A stretch of 64,000 nucleotides of DNA from an uncultured Chloroflexia bacterium (GTDB lineage: Bacteria; Chloroflexota; Limnocylindria; Limnocylindrales; CSP1-4). The notes under the pieces are model-generated. The model worked only from the letters and a program-made list of their open reading frames with translations, did not search any database and was not told the origin of the DNA. The stretch covers positions 480,001 through 544,000 of the forward strand of contig CAVPPB010000003.1 of NCBI GenBank assembly GCA_963707215.1. Direction: 5' to 3'. Made by a program: the position numbers and the translations under genes. This document shows, one piece after another, positions 50,421 through 60,713 of this stretch. How positions within the stretch are numbered: position 1 is the first letter of the stretch; every line of letters begins with the position of its first letter.

Positions 50421-51743
50421 ATGACGGCCGCCGCTGGGACACCACTTGCGACGACCGCCGAGCCGCGCCGGATCGGTCGGCCCAGCGTCGCCGCCTGGGT
50501 CCTCTACGACCTCGCCAACACGGCCTTCAGCCTCGGGGTCGTGACCCTCTACTTCCCCCAGTTCCTGAAGGCGCGCTTCGGGGCGACCGACGCCCAGGTC
50601 GGCGTCTACGACGCCGTGGCCATGGCCCTCATCTTCGTCTCGGCGCCGGTCCTCGGGGCGATCTCCGACCAGATCCCCCGGCGGATCCCGATGCTGGCGG
50701 TCACCACGCTGCTCTGCGTGACCTGCACCTTCGTCCTGGGCGTCGAGGCCCTGCCGCTGGTGGTCCTGCTCTTCATCGCCGCCAACTACACGTTCCAGGC
50801 GGGCCTCATCGTCTACGACTCGCTGCTGCCCGAGGTCAGCACGGACGAGACCCGCGGGCGGGTCAGCGGCATCGGCGTCGGGGTCGGCTACATCGGCTCG
50901 ATCCTGGCCATCATCGCCGGGAGCCTGATCCTGCCCGAGGACCGGGACGCGGCCACGCCCGACCAGTGGCAGTGGGTCTTCCGGGCCATCGCCGTCACCT
51001 TCCTGGTCTTCGCGATCCCGGCCTTCCTGTTCGTCCGCGAGCGTCGACGGGTCGTTCCGCCCCTGGGACCCGCGGTCGTGACCCGGGCCTTCGGCGACGT
51101 CGCCCGGACCGTGTCGAGGCTGCGCGGCTACCCGGGCCTGCTGCGCTTCCTGCTGGGCCGGGCGATCTACGCCGATGCGGCGAACACGCTGGTCTTCTTC
51201 GTCGCCATCTACGCGACCGACGAGCTCGGCTACTCGATCGGCGAGGCCTCGCGCCTGGCCATCGTCAGCATCGTCTGCGCGGTCCTCGGCGGACTGGCCT
51301 GGGGCGTGGCCGTGGACCGGTTCGGGCCCCGGAGGACCCTGCTGACGGTCCTGGCACTCTGGGTCGCGGTCTTCGCGACGACCGTGGCCATCCCCGTGCT
51401 GGACCTCCCGTCCGAGCTCCTGTACGGCGTCGCCGGCGCTATCGGGATCGCTCTCGGCGGCACCTGGGCGTCGGACCGGCCGTTCATGGCCCGGCTGAGC
51501 CCGCCACGCTACTTCGGCCAGGCCTACGGGCTCTACGCGATGGTCGGGCGCTTCGCAGCGATCGTGGGGCCGCTCCTCTGGGGGCTGGTGGCCGACGTGC
51601 TCGGGTTCGGCCGGCCCGCGGCCGTCGCCACCCTGCTCGTGCTCGTCGTAGCCGCGTTCCTGGTCATCCGTGGGGTCTCCGATGCGCCGCGCGCCTGGCG
51701 GCCGGAGGACCTGCCGGAGCTGGAGCCTGCCGAGGTCGCCTAG
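50421..51743 (+). CDS. MFS transporter (UMF1/Atg22-like)
   Basis: AWVLYDLANTAF, APVLGAISD, YDSLLPEV and RGRVSG.G...GYIG; about 12 TM helices. Confidence 0.85.
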   Translation: MTAAAGTPLATTAEPRRIGRPSVAAWVLYDLANTAFSLGVVTLYFPQFLKARFGATDAQVGVYDAVAMALIFVSAPVLGAISDQIPRRIPMLAVTTLLCVTCTFVLGVEALPLVVLLFIAANYTFQAGLIVYDSLLPEVSTDETRGRVSGIGVGVGYIGSILAIIAGSLILPEDRDAATPDQWQWVFRAIAVTFLVFAIPAFLFVRERRRVVPPLGPAVVTRAFGDVARTVSRLRGYPGLLRFLLGRAIYADAANTLVFFVAIYATDELGYSIGEASRLAIVSIVCAVLGGLAWGVAVDRFGPRRTLLTVLALWVAVFATTVAIPVLDLPSELLYGVAGAIGIALGGTWASDRPFMARLSPPRYFGQAYGLYAMVGRFAAIVGPLLWGLVADVLGFGRPAAVATLLVLVVAAFLVIRGVSDAPRAWRPEDLPELEPAEVA

Positions 51744-51793
51744 GCCACGAGGGTCGCCTGGCTCCATGAGCCTCGCCGAACGTCGGACGTCAC

Positions 51794-53017
51794 CTACTGC
51801 AGCGCGAGCCCCACGAGCTCGACGAGATGGTCGTAGAGCCGGGCGAGCTCGGGGGCGTCCTCGAGACCGATCCCCTCGCGGGCCTCGACGTGGTCGAACA
51901 GCCGGAACTCGGTGACCCGGCGGAGCGAGTCCTCCGGGACGGCCTCCGCCAGCGGCGCCAGGTGGCTCACCGGGATCGCGTCGTCGGTCGCCTCGTGCAT
52001 GAGGAAGACCGGCGCCTCGATCCGGTCCACCCAGACGACCGGCGAGACGGCGGCCAGCGTGGTCCTGCGCTCGGGCCCCAGCTCGATGACCGCCTGCTCG
52101 GCCGTCGCGCGGTCGGCTGCCGTCGCCAGCCGGTAGGCGGCAAGCGCGTCCCCCGACAGCCGCCGGGCGACCCCGGGATCGAACGAGTCATCGGTCGGGC
52201 CCTCGCCGATGACGATCGGCTCCACGATCGCGCGCAGCCCATCCCGCTGCGGACCGTCGGGCACGGCCGCGAGGAGCAACCCCAGGAAGACCTGGCGGGT
52301 CATGGTGCCGGGCGGCCAGGGCTCGACCGCCCCATCGCGGATGACCGTCCGCGTCGCCACGTCCACGAGCAGGGTCGATGCATCAGCGTATGCCCCGAAC
52401 GAGTTCACGTAGGCGACCCGGTCCGCGACTCGAGGGTCGGCCGCCGCGATGAGCGTCAGCGAGCCGCCGACCGAGAAGCCGGCCATCCCGACCCGCTCGG
52501 CGTCCACGCCCGGCAGCCCCGCCAGCCGCTCGAACGCGGCCACCACCCGACCGGGCTCGTCGGCGACCAGCTGGGCGGCGATCAGATCGGCCGAGGATGG
52601 GATGCCGACCACCAGCCCCATCCTGGCCAGGGCTGTGCCGACCCGGATGACCCGGTCGTCGTCGAGCGGCGCCGGACTGATGCCCAGCACCAGGAGGACG
52701 GCCGGTCGCCCGCCCTCCGGCACCGCCTCGCTACCGGGCCGGTAGATGTCCATCCGGTCCGCGTCGGGCCCGTAGGCGACGCTCGTCCGGTCGGGCTCGG
52801 GAGTGGTCGCGGCCAGCACCCGCGGCCCGGATCCCAGCAGCTCGGGGACGAGCAGCGCCACCTGGACCGCGGTTCGGACCGGCGGCACGAGAACGAACGC
52901 CAGGCCGGCGGTGACCAGCACAAGGACGAACCCCATGGCCAGGCGGCGCGGCCAGCGTCGACGTCGCCGCACCCGGGTGCCCGGCGCCCCGACCCGCTGC
53001 GCGCTTGCAGGATCCAC
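51794..53017 (-). CDS. membrane-anchored alpha/beta hydrolase
   Basis: N-terminal TM helix, GFSVGG nucleophile elbow, MH..TDDAIP and FDHVE. Confidence 0.7.
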   Translation of the reverse strand: MDPASAQRVGAPGTRVRRRRRWPRRLAMGFVLVLVTAGLAFVLVPPVRTAVQVALLVPELLGSGPRVLAATTPEPDRTSVAYGPDADRMDIYRPGSEAVPEGGRPAVLLVLGISPAPLDDDRVIRVGTALARMGLVVGIPSSADLIAAQLVADEPGRVVAAFERLAGLPGVDAERVGMAGFSVGGSLTLIAAADPRVADRVAYVNSFGAYADASTLLVDVATRTVIRDGAVEPWPPGTMTRQVFLGLLLAAVPDGPQRDGLRAIVEPIVIGEGPTDDSFDPGVARRLSGDALAAYRLATAADRATAEQAVIELGPERRTTLAAVSPVVWVDRIEAPVFLMHEATDDAIPVSHLAPLAEAVPEDSLRRVTEFRLFDHVEAREGIGLEDAPELARLYDHLVELVGLALQ

Positions 53018-53120
53018 GGTCGTCAGTGTCGCCCGGCGCCGCGGTCACCGCCAGTGCCGTCGGTGGGTCTCGTGGCGCGGGGCCATCATCGCGCGAGCCG
53101 CCCACGCGGCCCGCGGGAGG

Positions 53121-55013
53121 TCAGGGCGCCACGACCGTCCGGGTGATCAGGTTGCCGAGATCGTCGCCGACCGCGTCGAGGGCCACGGTGTAGGTCAGCC
53201 CGCTGGCCAGGCAGCCCACCTCGACCTCGCCCGAGCCGGCCGGCCCCTGGGCCTCGATGATGCCGGCCAAGGTCGGGTCGCCGCTGGGCAGGCGGCCGTC
53301 GGACTGCGGGTACGCCCGCACCAGCACGCCGGTCGCCTCGATCCCCTCGAGCTCGTAGGCCACCGTGACCCGGTTGCAGACGCCCTGGAAGGCGGCGGCC
53401 TCGGGCAGGCAGTAGGCGACGTCGCCGAAGTCCACGGTCCGGGCGAGGCAGCTCGCCTCCGGGGAGCCCACGTCCGTCCGGATGAACGGCTGGACGAGGG
53501 CGTCCTGGGCGAGGTGGAGATACGGGGACAGCCCTTCGCCGAGCTCGAATACAGGCTCGGCGGCGACGGCCACGTCAAGGTCGAAGCGGAGTACCCCGCT
53601 GCCGGTCGTGAATGTGCCGACCGGGCTCGAGCTCCCGAAGAGACCACCGCCGGCGACCACCTGGAAGTGGTAGCTCGTCGAGGCGAGGACGTCGAGTCGG
53701 GCGACGATGGTCGTCGCACCAGGGAACGGCAGCGACAGCAGAGACGACGCCGTCTGGATCACCGCCGGCGAACCATCGGCCTCCCAGAACCGGACCTCGG
53801 CCGAGGACGGCGGATCGAGGGTGAAGGCGACCAGGGCGACATTGGGACGATCGGAGTCCACGCCGACGATCTCGATCCGCGGTCCGAAGAGCACCTCGAG
53901 GTCGGGGAACGGGATCTCGAAGACGCCCTCGATGCCGCCGGGACAACCGGGTGGCCTGGGCTCGTCGAGGCAGATCTCGAGGACCGGGATCGCCTCGAGG
54001 TCGCCGATGTCGCTCGGACCGACGACCGGCGGGTCGGACAGCTCGGGCGGCTCGGGTGGGACCTCGTCGCCGGCCTCGGGCGGGGCCGATGAGATGGGAC
54101 TCTCGCCCGGTGCCGGGCTGGCCGGCGCACCGCCGCCCGATGGCGGCAGCGGCAGCACGTCGGGACCCACCACGTCGGGCGGCGTCCCACCGGGCGGGAA
54201 GACCCAGGCGGCGAGGATCCGCGACGAGCCGCTGAAGGCCTGGCCGAACGCGTCGACGATCGAGGCCGGCCACCAGTCGCCCTGGTAGCCGCCGTGGCCG
54301 ATAGGGTCGATGACGTAGTAGGCCGGTGGGGTGATCCCATCGCCAGGGTAGTAGCCGTCGAGGTAGACGGCGTGAGGCCCCGTGAAGCTCGGCTGGAGCC
54401 GGATCGACGCCGGGATCTCGCCATAGATGCCCTGGATGACGGCCCCGTAGCCGGCCGCCAGGAGGCCCTTGAGCTGGCTCGGCGTCACCGCGCCGGTCCG
54501 GATGTCGACGCCGAAGCCGCGGAACAGGGCCTGGTCGAGGTCGTCGAGACCGACGCCGCCGACCTGGTCGTCCTGGAGGGTCCGGAGGATCGAGCCGGTC
54601 GTGACGATACCGAAGCCCAGGCGGGCCAGCATCGCCCCCGACGCGAGCGTGCAGTTGGCCCCCTGGAACGGCCCGCCGTCGAACTGGGTCACCGGCGGGA
54701 TCCTCGGGAAGCCCAAGGGTCGAGTGCCAGCGACAGGCTGGGCGTCGACAAGGGCGGCCGAGGCGAGGGCGAGGTCGGCCGGCGCAAGACCGGGCACGAC
54801 GACCGGCTGCTGCTGGGCATCGATGAGGTCGAAGGCGGCCGGCACCGACTCGAGGCCGGCCTCGGCCATGACGTACTCCGGCGCCTCGCGGGCGGTGGGC
54901 GCGAGCTCCTGCCGCCCGAGGACCGACGCCCCCACGAAGGCTGCCGAGCCGCCGACGACCACGGCGACCAGGAACACGACGAGCTTCGGGAGGAGGCCAG
55001 CAAGGGTGGTCAT
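53121..55013 (-). CDS. exported protein with C39-like cysteine peptidase domain, Pro-rich linker and beta-sandwich domains
   Basis: Signal/TM segment, VTQFD....ANCTLASGAM, HAVYLDGY and YVIDP (Cys-His-Asp). Confidence 0.6.
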   Translation of the reverse strand: MTTLAGLLPKLVVFLVAVVVGGSAAFVGASVLGRQELAPTAREAPEYVMAEAGLESVPAAFDLIDAQQQPVVVPGLAPADLALASAALVDAQPVAGTRPLGFPRIPPVTQFDGGPFQGANCTLASGAMLARLGFGIVTTGSILRTLQDDQVGGVGLDDLDQALFRGFGVDIRTGAVTPSQLKGLLAAGYGAVIQGIYGEIPASIRLQPSFTGPHAVYLDGYYPGDGITPPAYYVIDPIGHGGYQGDWWPASIVDAFGQAFSGSSRILAAWVFPPGGTPPDVVGPDVLPLPPSGGGAPASPAPGESPISSAPPEAGDEVPPEPPELSDPPVVGPSDIGDLEAIPVLEICLDEPRPPGCPGGIEGVFEIPFPDLEVLFGPRIEIVGVDSDRPNVALVAFTLDPPSSAEVRFWEADGSPAVIQTASSLLSLPFPGATTIVARLDVLASTSYHFQVVAGGGLFGSSSPVGTFTTGSGVLRFDLDVAVAAEPVFELGEGLSPYLHLAQDALVQPFIRTDVGSPEASCLARTVDFGDVAYCLPEAAAFQGVCNRVTVAYELEGIEATGVLVRAYPQSDGRLPSGDPTLAGIIEAQGPAGSGEVEVGCLASGLTYTVALDAVGDDLGNLITRTVVAP

Positions 55014-56017
55014 GTGAGGCAGAGGTCCACGGCCAGCGTGAGAGAGGGCGGACGGACCGGGAACCTGGTGCTGTTGCCCACGCTGTCGTACCCGACGACG
55101 TAGTAGTCGAGATACGGATCCGTCGGCGACCAGCCGATGCTATCCGCCACCGTAGACAGCGAAGCCACCCAGACGCCACCTGCGCCGGCGGCTGGCGCCA
55201 TGGCCTTCTGGTTGAAGGTCGATGCTCCCGGCTTGCGGAAGAAGAGGACCACGCGGGCGACACCCGACGGATCCGATGCTGTCACCGAGATCGTGGCGCT
55301 CGTCGGCCCGCACTGCGACGCTCCGTACCAGATCTTCGACACGCTGGAGCCGAGGTTCGACATGGTTGGGCCCGTCGTGTCGGGCGGCGGGGTCGGCGGT
55401 GGCGGCAGTGTCGGGGTCGCAGTCGGCGCTGGGGTCGGGGTCGGGCGTGGTGTGGCGGTCGGGCGTGGTGTGGCGGTCGGGCGTGGTGTGGCGGTCGGGC
55501 GTGGTGTGGCGGTCGGGGTCACCGCGGGGCTGGACGAGGGCGACGGGGACGGGGACGGGCTCGGCGAGGGCGACGGGCTCGGCTCGAAGCTGCCGACGAC
55601 CGTCAGCGTGGCGGTCGGTTCGGCAGTGGGCGGCGGGCTGCCCGCCTCGCCGCAGTCGACCACCTCGAGGTCCTCGAACGCCCCTGCAAGAGCGAGCGCC
55701 CCGGCCGCGACCCAACCCTCGGTGCGATCCGGGGCCGGGTAGTGGATGCGCAGCCAGGCGCCGTCGGCGGAGCGTCCGGTGACGAGCATCCGCTGCCCGG
55801 CCGGTGCACGGGCGAGGATCGGGCCGGCCTCTGGGCACGGGTAGATCGCCAGCAATTCGCCCGACGGTGACGGCTCGGCCGATGGCCCGATCGCGCCGCT
55901 GACGCCCACTCCAAGGGCCCCGCCGACGAGCAGGCCACCGACGACGATGGCCCCCGCCATCGGGGCCCCACCGAGCGACCCGACGAGCTTCGCGATCCAG
56001 GCGCTCAGCGCACTCAC
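55010..56017 (-). CDS. exported SH3-like / Pro-Thr linker / Ig-like protein
   Basis: TM helix, VTGRSADGAWLRI...EGWV (SH3b-like), PT repeats and DTTGP...VTASDPSGV..V...YYVVGYDSVGN. Confidence 0.65.
   Translation of the reverse strand: MSALSAWIAKLVGSLGGAPMAGAIVVGGLLVGGALGVGVSGAIGPSAEPSPSGELLAIYPCPEAGPILARAPAGQRMLVTGRSADGAWLRIHYPAPDRTEGWVAAGALALAGAFEDLEVVDCGEAGSPPPTAEPTATLTVVGSFEPSPSPSPSPSPSPSPSSSPAVTPTATPRPTATPRPTATPRPTATPRPTPTPAPTATPTLPPPPTPPPDTTGPTMSNLGSSVSKIWYGASQCGPTSATISVTASDPSGVARVVLFFRKPGASTFNQKAMAPAAGAGGVWVASLSTVADSIGWSPTDPYLDYYVVGYDSVGNSTRFPVRPPSLTLAVDLCLT
55439..55517. repeat. 18-bp tandem repeat (4 copies) encoding ATPRPT
   Basis: GGTCGGGCGTGGTGTGGC repeated four times. Confidence 0.9.
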
Positions 56018-56111
56018 ATCACGGCGCCCTTCCCCGATCCCTCGAGATCGGACCTCAGGGGACGCGCCGCATCGAGCATACGCGCGACGGGTAGCGCTGC
56101 CACATGCATGC

Positions 56112-57179
56112 TCATCCTCCGGGCCGCCCGAACAGGCGGATCTCGCTGATCGCGGCGACGTCGAGCGGGCTGCCGGGCAGGTCCGTCGGCTGGGCTTCGT
56201 AGGTCGAGGCGATCTCGATCCGCACGGTCGTGGGCCCCTCTGAGAGCTCGAGATCGAGCCGCTGTGGCTGCTGCGAGTCCGCAAGCAGGAACGCCGCCGG
56301 TGGCCCGCCATCGACCGAGACGAGGACGTCCTTCGGGCGGAGGAGCCCCCGGAAGGCATCCGCGCTGGCCTGGTCCCCGGAGTAGATGACGACGAAGTCG
56401 AGATCGGCCGCCTCGAAGCTCACCTCGATCCACTCCCCCACCGCCCCGTCTGCACCCTCCTGCCAGGACGTGTCGAGCCGGCCGTCGATGGCCATGTCGG
56501 CGTCGACCGCGGCATCGTCGTCGCGGACGGACGAGGAGCTCGCACCGATCGGCAGGAGCGCCACGCTCTCGTCCTGGCTGGGGGTCGATCCCCCGCTCGG
56601 CGCGAGGGTCGGCGTCAGCGTCGGGGATGGCGGCCCCGGGGCGGACGTCGCCTCGGACGCTGCACCGCCGTCCCCGCCCAGCAGGATGCTCGCGCCGACG
56701 ACCACGAGGCCGACGAGCAGCCCGAGGCCCGCCACCGGCAGCAACCAGCCCGGCAGCCCGCCGGACGACGGGTCCGTACCTCCATGAGAACGGACCGGTG
56801 CGCGGGAGGGCTGCGGCGCGGGTGGGCGTGCCGCGGTCCCACCGGACGACGTCCCGGAAGGGCTCGCCGCCCGGGCGGACGTCGGCGCGGCTGCCGCAGC
56901 GAGGCGCTCGCCGCAGCTCTGGCAGAAGGTCCGGCCGCCCGGGTTCGAGGTCCCGCAGACGCGGCAGTGGATGGCGCCGGCCGTGGCCGTGTCGGGGGCG
57001 CTGGCGACCGTGTCGGGGGTGCTGGCCGCCACCATCGGCGACGCTGGCTCCGACGATGCCTCCCTCGGAGCATCGACCGAGTCGCCCTCCCAGGCGAGGT
57101 AGGCGCCGCATGATCCACAGAAGGTGTCGTCGGGCGCGTTCGCGGTGCCGCAGCGTCGACAGACGATCCGATCGGTCAT
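56112..57179 (-). CDS. double zinc-ribbon / TM / discoidin-like (NADase-type glycan-binding) protein; CisA-like CIS membrane adaptor candidate
   Basis: CRRCGTAN....FCGSCG.YLAW, CRVCGTSN...RTFCQSCG, one TM helix, AIDG.LDTSWQEG...VGEWIEV and AISEIRLF. Confidence 0.7.
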   Translation of the reverse strand: MTDRIVCRRCGTANAPDDTFCGSCGAYLAWEGDSVDAPREASSEPASPMVAASTPDTVASAPDTATAGAIHCRVCGTSNPGGRTFCQSCGERLAAAAAPTSARAASPSGTSSGGTAARPPAPQPSRAPVRSHGGTDPSSGGLPGWLLPVAGLGLLVGLVVVGASILLGGDGGAASEATSAPGPPSPTLTPTLAPSGGSTPSQDESVALLPIGASSSSVRDDDAAVDADMAIDGRLDTSWQEGADGAVGEWIEVSFEAADLDFVVIYSGDQASADAFRGLLRPKDVLVSVDGGPPAAFLLADSQQPQRLDLELSEGPTTVRIEIASTYEAQPTDLPGSPLDVAAISEIRLFGRPGG

Positions 57180-57191
57180 CCCTGCCGCCCC

Positions 57192-59297
57192 CTATCGTCG
57201 CAGGATGACGACCGGCGGCGGATCGCCGAGCCCTCGCTCCACGGGGAACCGCGGAGGCTGCGCCAGCGCAGACACGACGTCGAAGGCGGCCCGGACCTGC
57301 GGGAACGGCGGACCGCCGGCGGGATCGGCGACCAACTCTCGTGGCCCGCGCAGGTCGTTGTGGAACACGAGGACCTGGACCCGGAAGCTGCCGCTCCCGT
57401 CGGCCTCGATGGGCGCCAGCCTCGGCGTGGCACCGCGACTCCAGGTCAGGCTGATCTCGGCACCGGGCGGGAAGCCGGCCCCCGTGGCGATCGTCACGAT
57501 CCCGGGTCGACCAAGGGGAGGGTCGAGGTCCAGGCTCGCCAGCGATCCGCCACCGCGCAGCCGCACCGTCCGGGGCGAACCTGCCGCATCGTCCGCCATC
57601 TGGAGGACAGCGATCCGCTCCCCGGTCACCGTTGGCGTGAAGACCACCGATACCGTGCACGCCTCGGTCCGATAGAGAGAGCGACCGATGCAACCGTCGA
57701 AGACCACCGCGAAGTCGATCGCCGCGGTGCCGGTGATCGCCGAGCCAGCGCCCGTCAGCGGGGCCCAGCCGTCGTTGCGCAGGGTCGCCGCGGCCGGAGC
57801 CGTGGCGACGCCCAGCTGGCCCGACCCGAAGACCAGCTCGGGCGGGTCGATCCGCGGCACCGCCGGGAGGTCGCGTACGAACACGTCGGCTCGGTCGTTG
57901 CCGTCGCCCGCGACGAGCAGGCTCGATGTGGAGGCGAAGGCGACGTACCGGCCACCGCCTCCGATGGCCGGGGTCAGGCTCTGCCCGCCGCCGGGGCCAC
58001 CAGCCAGCGCCTCCGAGATCCGGATCGTCTCGCCGGCGACCAGGTCGCGCGCGTAGACCTCCGACGGACCTCGCAGCAGGGCGGCCGGCACGGCCCCGGG
58101 CACGGCGCTCCGGTCGATCCCCGTCATTGCAGGCGTGAGCCCCGTGCCGGTCGAGGCGAACGCCACGAACCGCCCGTCCCGGCTGATGGACGGCTGACCC
58201 GACGAGCCCGGCACCGGACCGCCATCGACGCTCACCGAGACGAGCGTCGTCGTCCCAGATCGACGATCCCGACGGAACACGTCGAGGGTCCCGACCGGGT
58301 CACCGGGGACGAAGGCCGAGGATGTGGACTCGAAGGCGACGAACCGGCCGTCCCCCGAGATGGCCGGCAGGGTGCTGGGCCCGTCAGCGTTCGTGACATC
58401 GCTGACCGCCTCGGTCACGCTGGTGTCGAGGTCGCGGACGAAGACGTCGACCTGACGGTTGACGTCTTCGCCTACGAGATCCGGGGCGTCGGACTGGAAC
58501 GCCACGACCCGGCCGTCCTGCGAGATGGCCGGCGCGCTGCTGGCGCCGCCGCCCGGACGGCCGACCCGGTTCCCCGAGACCAGAAGCGTCGTGCCGGCCT
58601 GTCGGTCGCGGACGAAGACCTGTTGGGTCCCGGTGGATGACCCTCGCCCAGCCCGGGACGCGAAGGCGACCAGCCGCCCATCACCGGAGACCGACGGCTC
58701 GGTGCTGTCCCGGATGGCCGTGCCGTCGCTCGCCAGCGAAACGATCTCGGTCGTGCCCGACGAGCGGCTCCAGGCCAACACCACCGGCAGCACCGCAAGA
58801 CCGGACGTGGCGCTGCTGGGCGGTCGGTAGACGAAGGCGACCAGGGATCCGTCGGCCGCGATCGACGGGTCGCCGGCCGACGCGCCCGGTGGCACCGGGG
58901 CGCCCCCCGGCAGCGGCAGTCGGATCGTCGTCCCGGCATCGCGGTCTCGGAGGAAGACGTCGACCACGCCGTTGGTGTCGCCGGTGACGAGGTCCGGCGC
59001 GCCCGAGGCGAAGGCGACGAACCGGCCGTCCTCCGAGATGGCCGGTTGGGCCGAGGGGCCGCCGGGCGATCCGCCGCCGACGCGGACCGACTCGCGAGTC
59101 GTGGTCCCCGGCGGTGGCGGGAGGGGGGCGGCGACGGGCGTCCTCGACGGCGGGAGGGCCGGCGGGTCGTTCGCCGGACGGCCGCCCGCACTCGACGGCG
59201 CCACCAGGGAGAGGGCGATCGCGAGGGCGATGGCCCTGGGTGGCCCGCGGCGACCTACGGGCGAAGGTAGCCCGAGTAGAGCACGGCCGGGTTGCAT
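57192..59297 (-). CDS. exported TolB/PD40 beta-propeller protein with C-terminal Ig-like domains
   Basis: Repeated P.IS.DGR.VAF.S.A..LV.GD.N...DVF.RD blades; signal-like IALAIALSLVA; start inferred at ATG 59297. Confidence 0.75.
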   Translation of the reverse strand: MQPGRALLGLPSPVGRRGPPRAIALAIALSLVAPSSAGGRPANDPPALPPSRTPVAAPLPPPPGTTTRESVRVGGGSPGGPSAQPAISEDGRFVAFASGAPDLVTGDTNGVVDVFLRDRDAGTTIRLPLPGGAPVPPGASAGDPSIAADGSLVAFVYRPPSSATSGLAVLPVVLAWSRSSGTTEIVSLASDGTAIRDSTEPSVSGDGRLVAFASRAGRGSSTGTQQVFVRDRQAGTTLLVSGNRVGRPGGGASSAPAISQDGRVVAFQSDAPDLVGEDVNRQVDVFVRDLDTSVTEAVSDVTNADGPSTLPAISGDGRFVAFESTSSAFVPGDPVGTLDVFRRDRRSGTTTLVSVSVDGGPVPGSSGQPSISRDGRFVAFASTGTGLTPAMTGIDRSAVPGAVPAALLRGPSEVYARDLVAGETIRISEALAGGPGGGQSLTPAIGGGGRYVAFASTSSLLVAGDGNDRADVFVRDLPAVPRIDPPELVFGSGQLGVATAPAAATLRNDGWAPLTGAGSAITGTAAIDFAVVFDGCIGRSLYRTEACTVSVVFTPTVTGERIAVLQMADDAAGSPRTVRLRGGGSLASLDLDPPLGRPGIVTIATGAGFPPGAEISLTWSRGATPRLAPIEADGSGSFRVQVLVFHNDLRGPRELVADPAGGPPFPQVRAAFDVVSALAQPPRFPVERGLGDPPPVVILRR

Positions 59298-60500
59298 GGT
59301 CCGCCGTCGGTGCAGTTCAGCGACAGGTTGAGGTTCTGGCCTGGGGTGAGGACGATCGGCGTGACGAAGTGGAAGTCGAGATCGCGGAAGTTGGCGAGCT
59401 GGAGCTCCAGCAGCGGCGTCGAGTCCCGGAGCAGGACGATCGCGCCCTCGCGCCCGCTGGGGTTCGAGAACACGAGGTCGGTGATGAAGAGGGTGCCCGT
59501 GGCCGTGATCGACTCGGCGCCTTCCTGCAGCCGGCCATCGACGGGGTTCCCCAGACCCGGGATCATCGGTCCGGCCGGGGTCGGCGTCGGCGTCGGCGGG
59601 GCGACCGACTCGCCCGGCGCCGGGGTCGGCGTCGGGGTCGGTGCGGGCGCTCCACCGCCTGGACCCATGGTCGCCAGCCCGGCCGCCCCGAGCGCATCGT
59701 TCACGTCCTGGCGGAGCTCGGCGACCGGGGAGGCGACCGCCTCGGAGGCAGCCGAATTCGATCGCCGGCCGGAGGACGAAGAGCCAGAGCAGGATCGCGG
59801 CGATGACGAGGACGACCAGGGCGGCGATCGCCCGCCCGAACCACGGCGGCAGGAGCGACTCCTGGACCATCGTCCCGTCGAGCGCGATCGGCTGACCGTC
59901 CCCTGGCTGGACCCGGACCTGGAACGGGCGGGTCTGCGGAGCCCCACGCCAGAAACGCTTGGCCGGGCGGACACGGACCTTCGCGAAATCGGCCATGCCA
60001 GGTTCGATGACGAGCTCAGGCGGCACCACGTCGAGCCGGAGCAGTCGGTCGGCGTCCTCCGCCTCGATGGCGGCACTCAGGCGGACGTTCCCGCGGTTGT
60101 CGACCGCGAGGTCGTGCGTCGCGCTCCGGCTGCCCCGGGAGGTCCGAGGGACCAGCTCGGCGTAGGGCTCCTGGAAGGCCGCGACCTCGACGGTCGCCTC
60201 CTCGACGCTCGAGCCGGCCGGGTCCTCGCGAGATCGGGCCCGGAGCCCGTAGGTCAGGCTGCCTGCGGCGATGGCAGCGGCCCGAGGCGGCCGGAAGACG
60301 ACCCGACCCGACTCCTCCGTGCCGGGGAAGAGCGAGATGGTCGCCGGCTCCACGGTCGCCCACGCGGCCGCGTCACCGAGGACGTCGAGGGTGAACTCGT
60401 CGACAACGGTGCCGTCGTTCCGCAACCGGAACTCGACCGCCGCCTCGCCCCCAGGCTCGACCCCGATGCGCGGTGCCTGAAGCGTGACCGTTGCACCCAC
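59255..60500 (-). CDS. CIS-associated 'hydrolytic'/COG1470-like membrane protein (apparent frameshift at ~59755)
   Basis: VEPGGEA....LRNDGTVVDEF...LG..AAW..VEP..ISLFPG, ELVPRTSRG and VDNRGN, TM LWLFVLRPAI, then in another frame SAASEA...LFITDLVFSNP.G..G...LANFRDLDFHFVTPI. Confidence 0.7.
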
Positions 60501-60713
60501 GGAGCGAGTGTGTCGTTCGATCCGCGTCGAGCGCTAGGTCCGGTAGCACCCTCCAGAGGGGCTTCCGGCCTTGCCCGAGAGGGCAGACCCGCCCGCCATC
60601 GGTCGCCCGTTAAGCCCACGTGGAGCGCACGAAGAGCATCTCCGGCTATGGTCGGAGAGCGTTCCGCCGACGCGAACGACCCATGGCGGGACCGACAGGG
60701 AGGGGCACCCGTC

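Noticed and set aside
57192-60500. 1102-aa ORF suggesting a giant hydrolytic-protein/beta-propeller fusion
   Set aside because: The middle part is out-of-frame nonsense. A frameshift at ~59755 joins two genes, and the real C-terminus of the first is in ORF 59255..60076.
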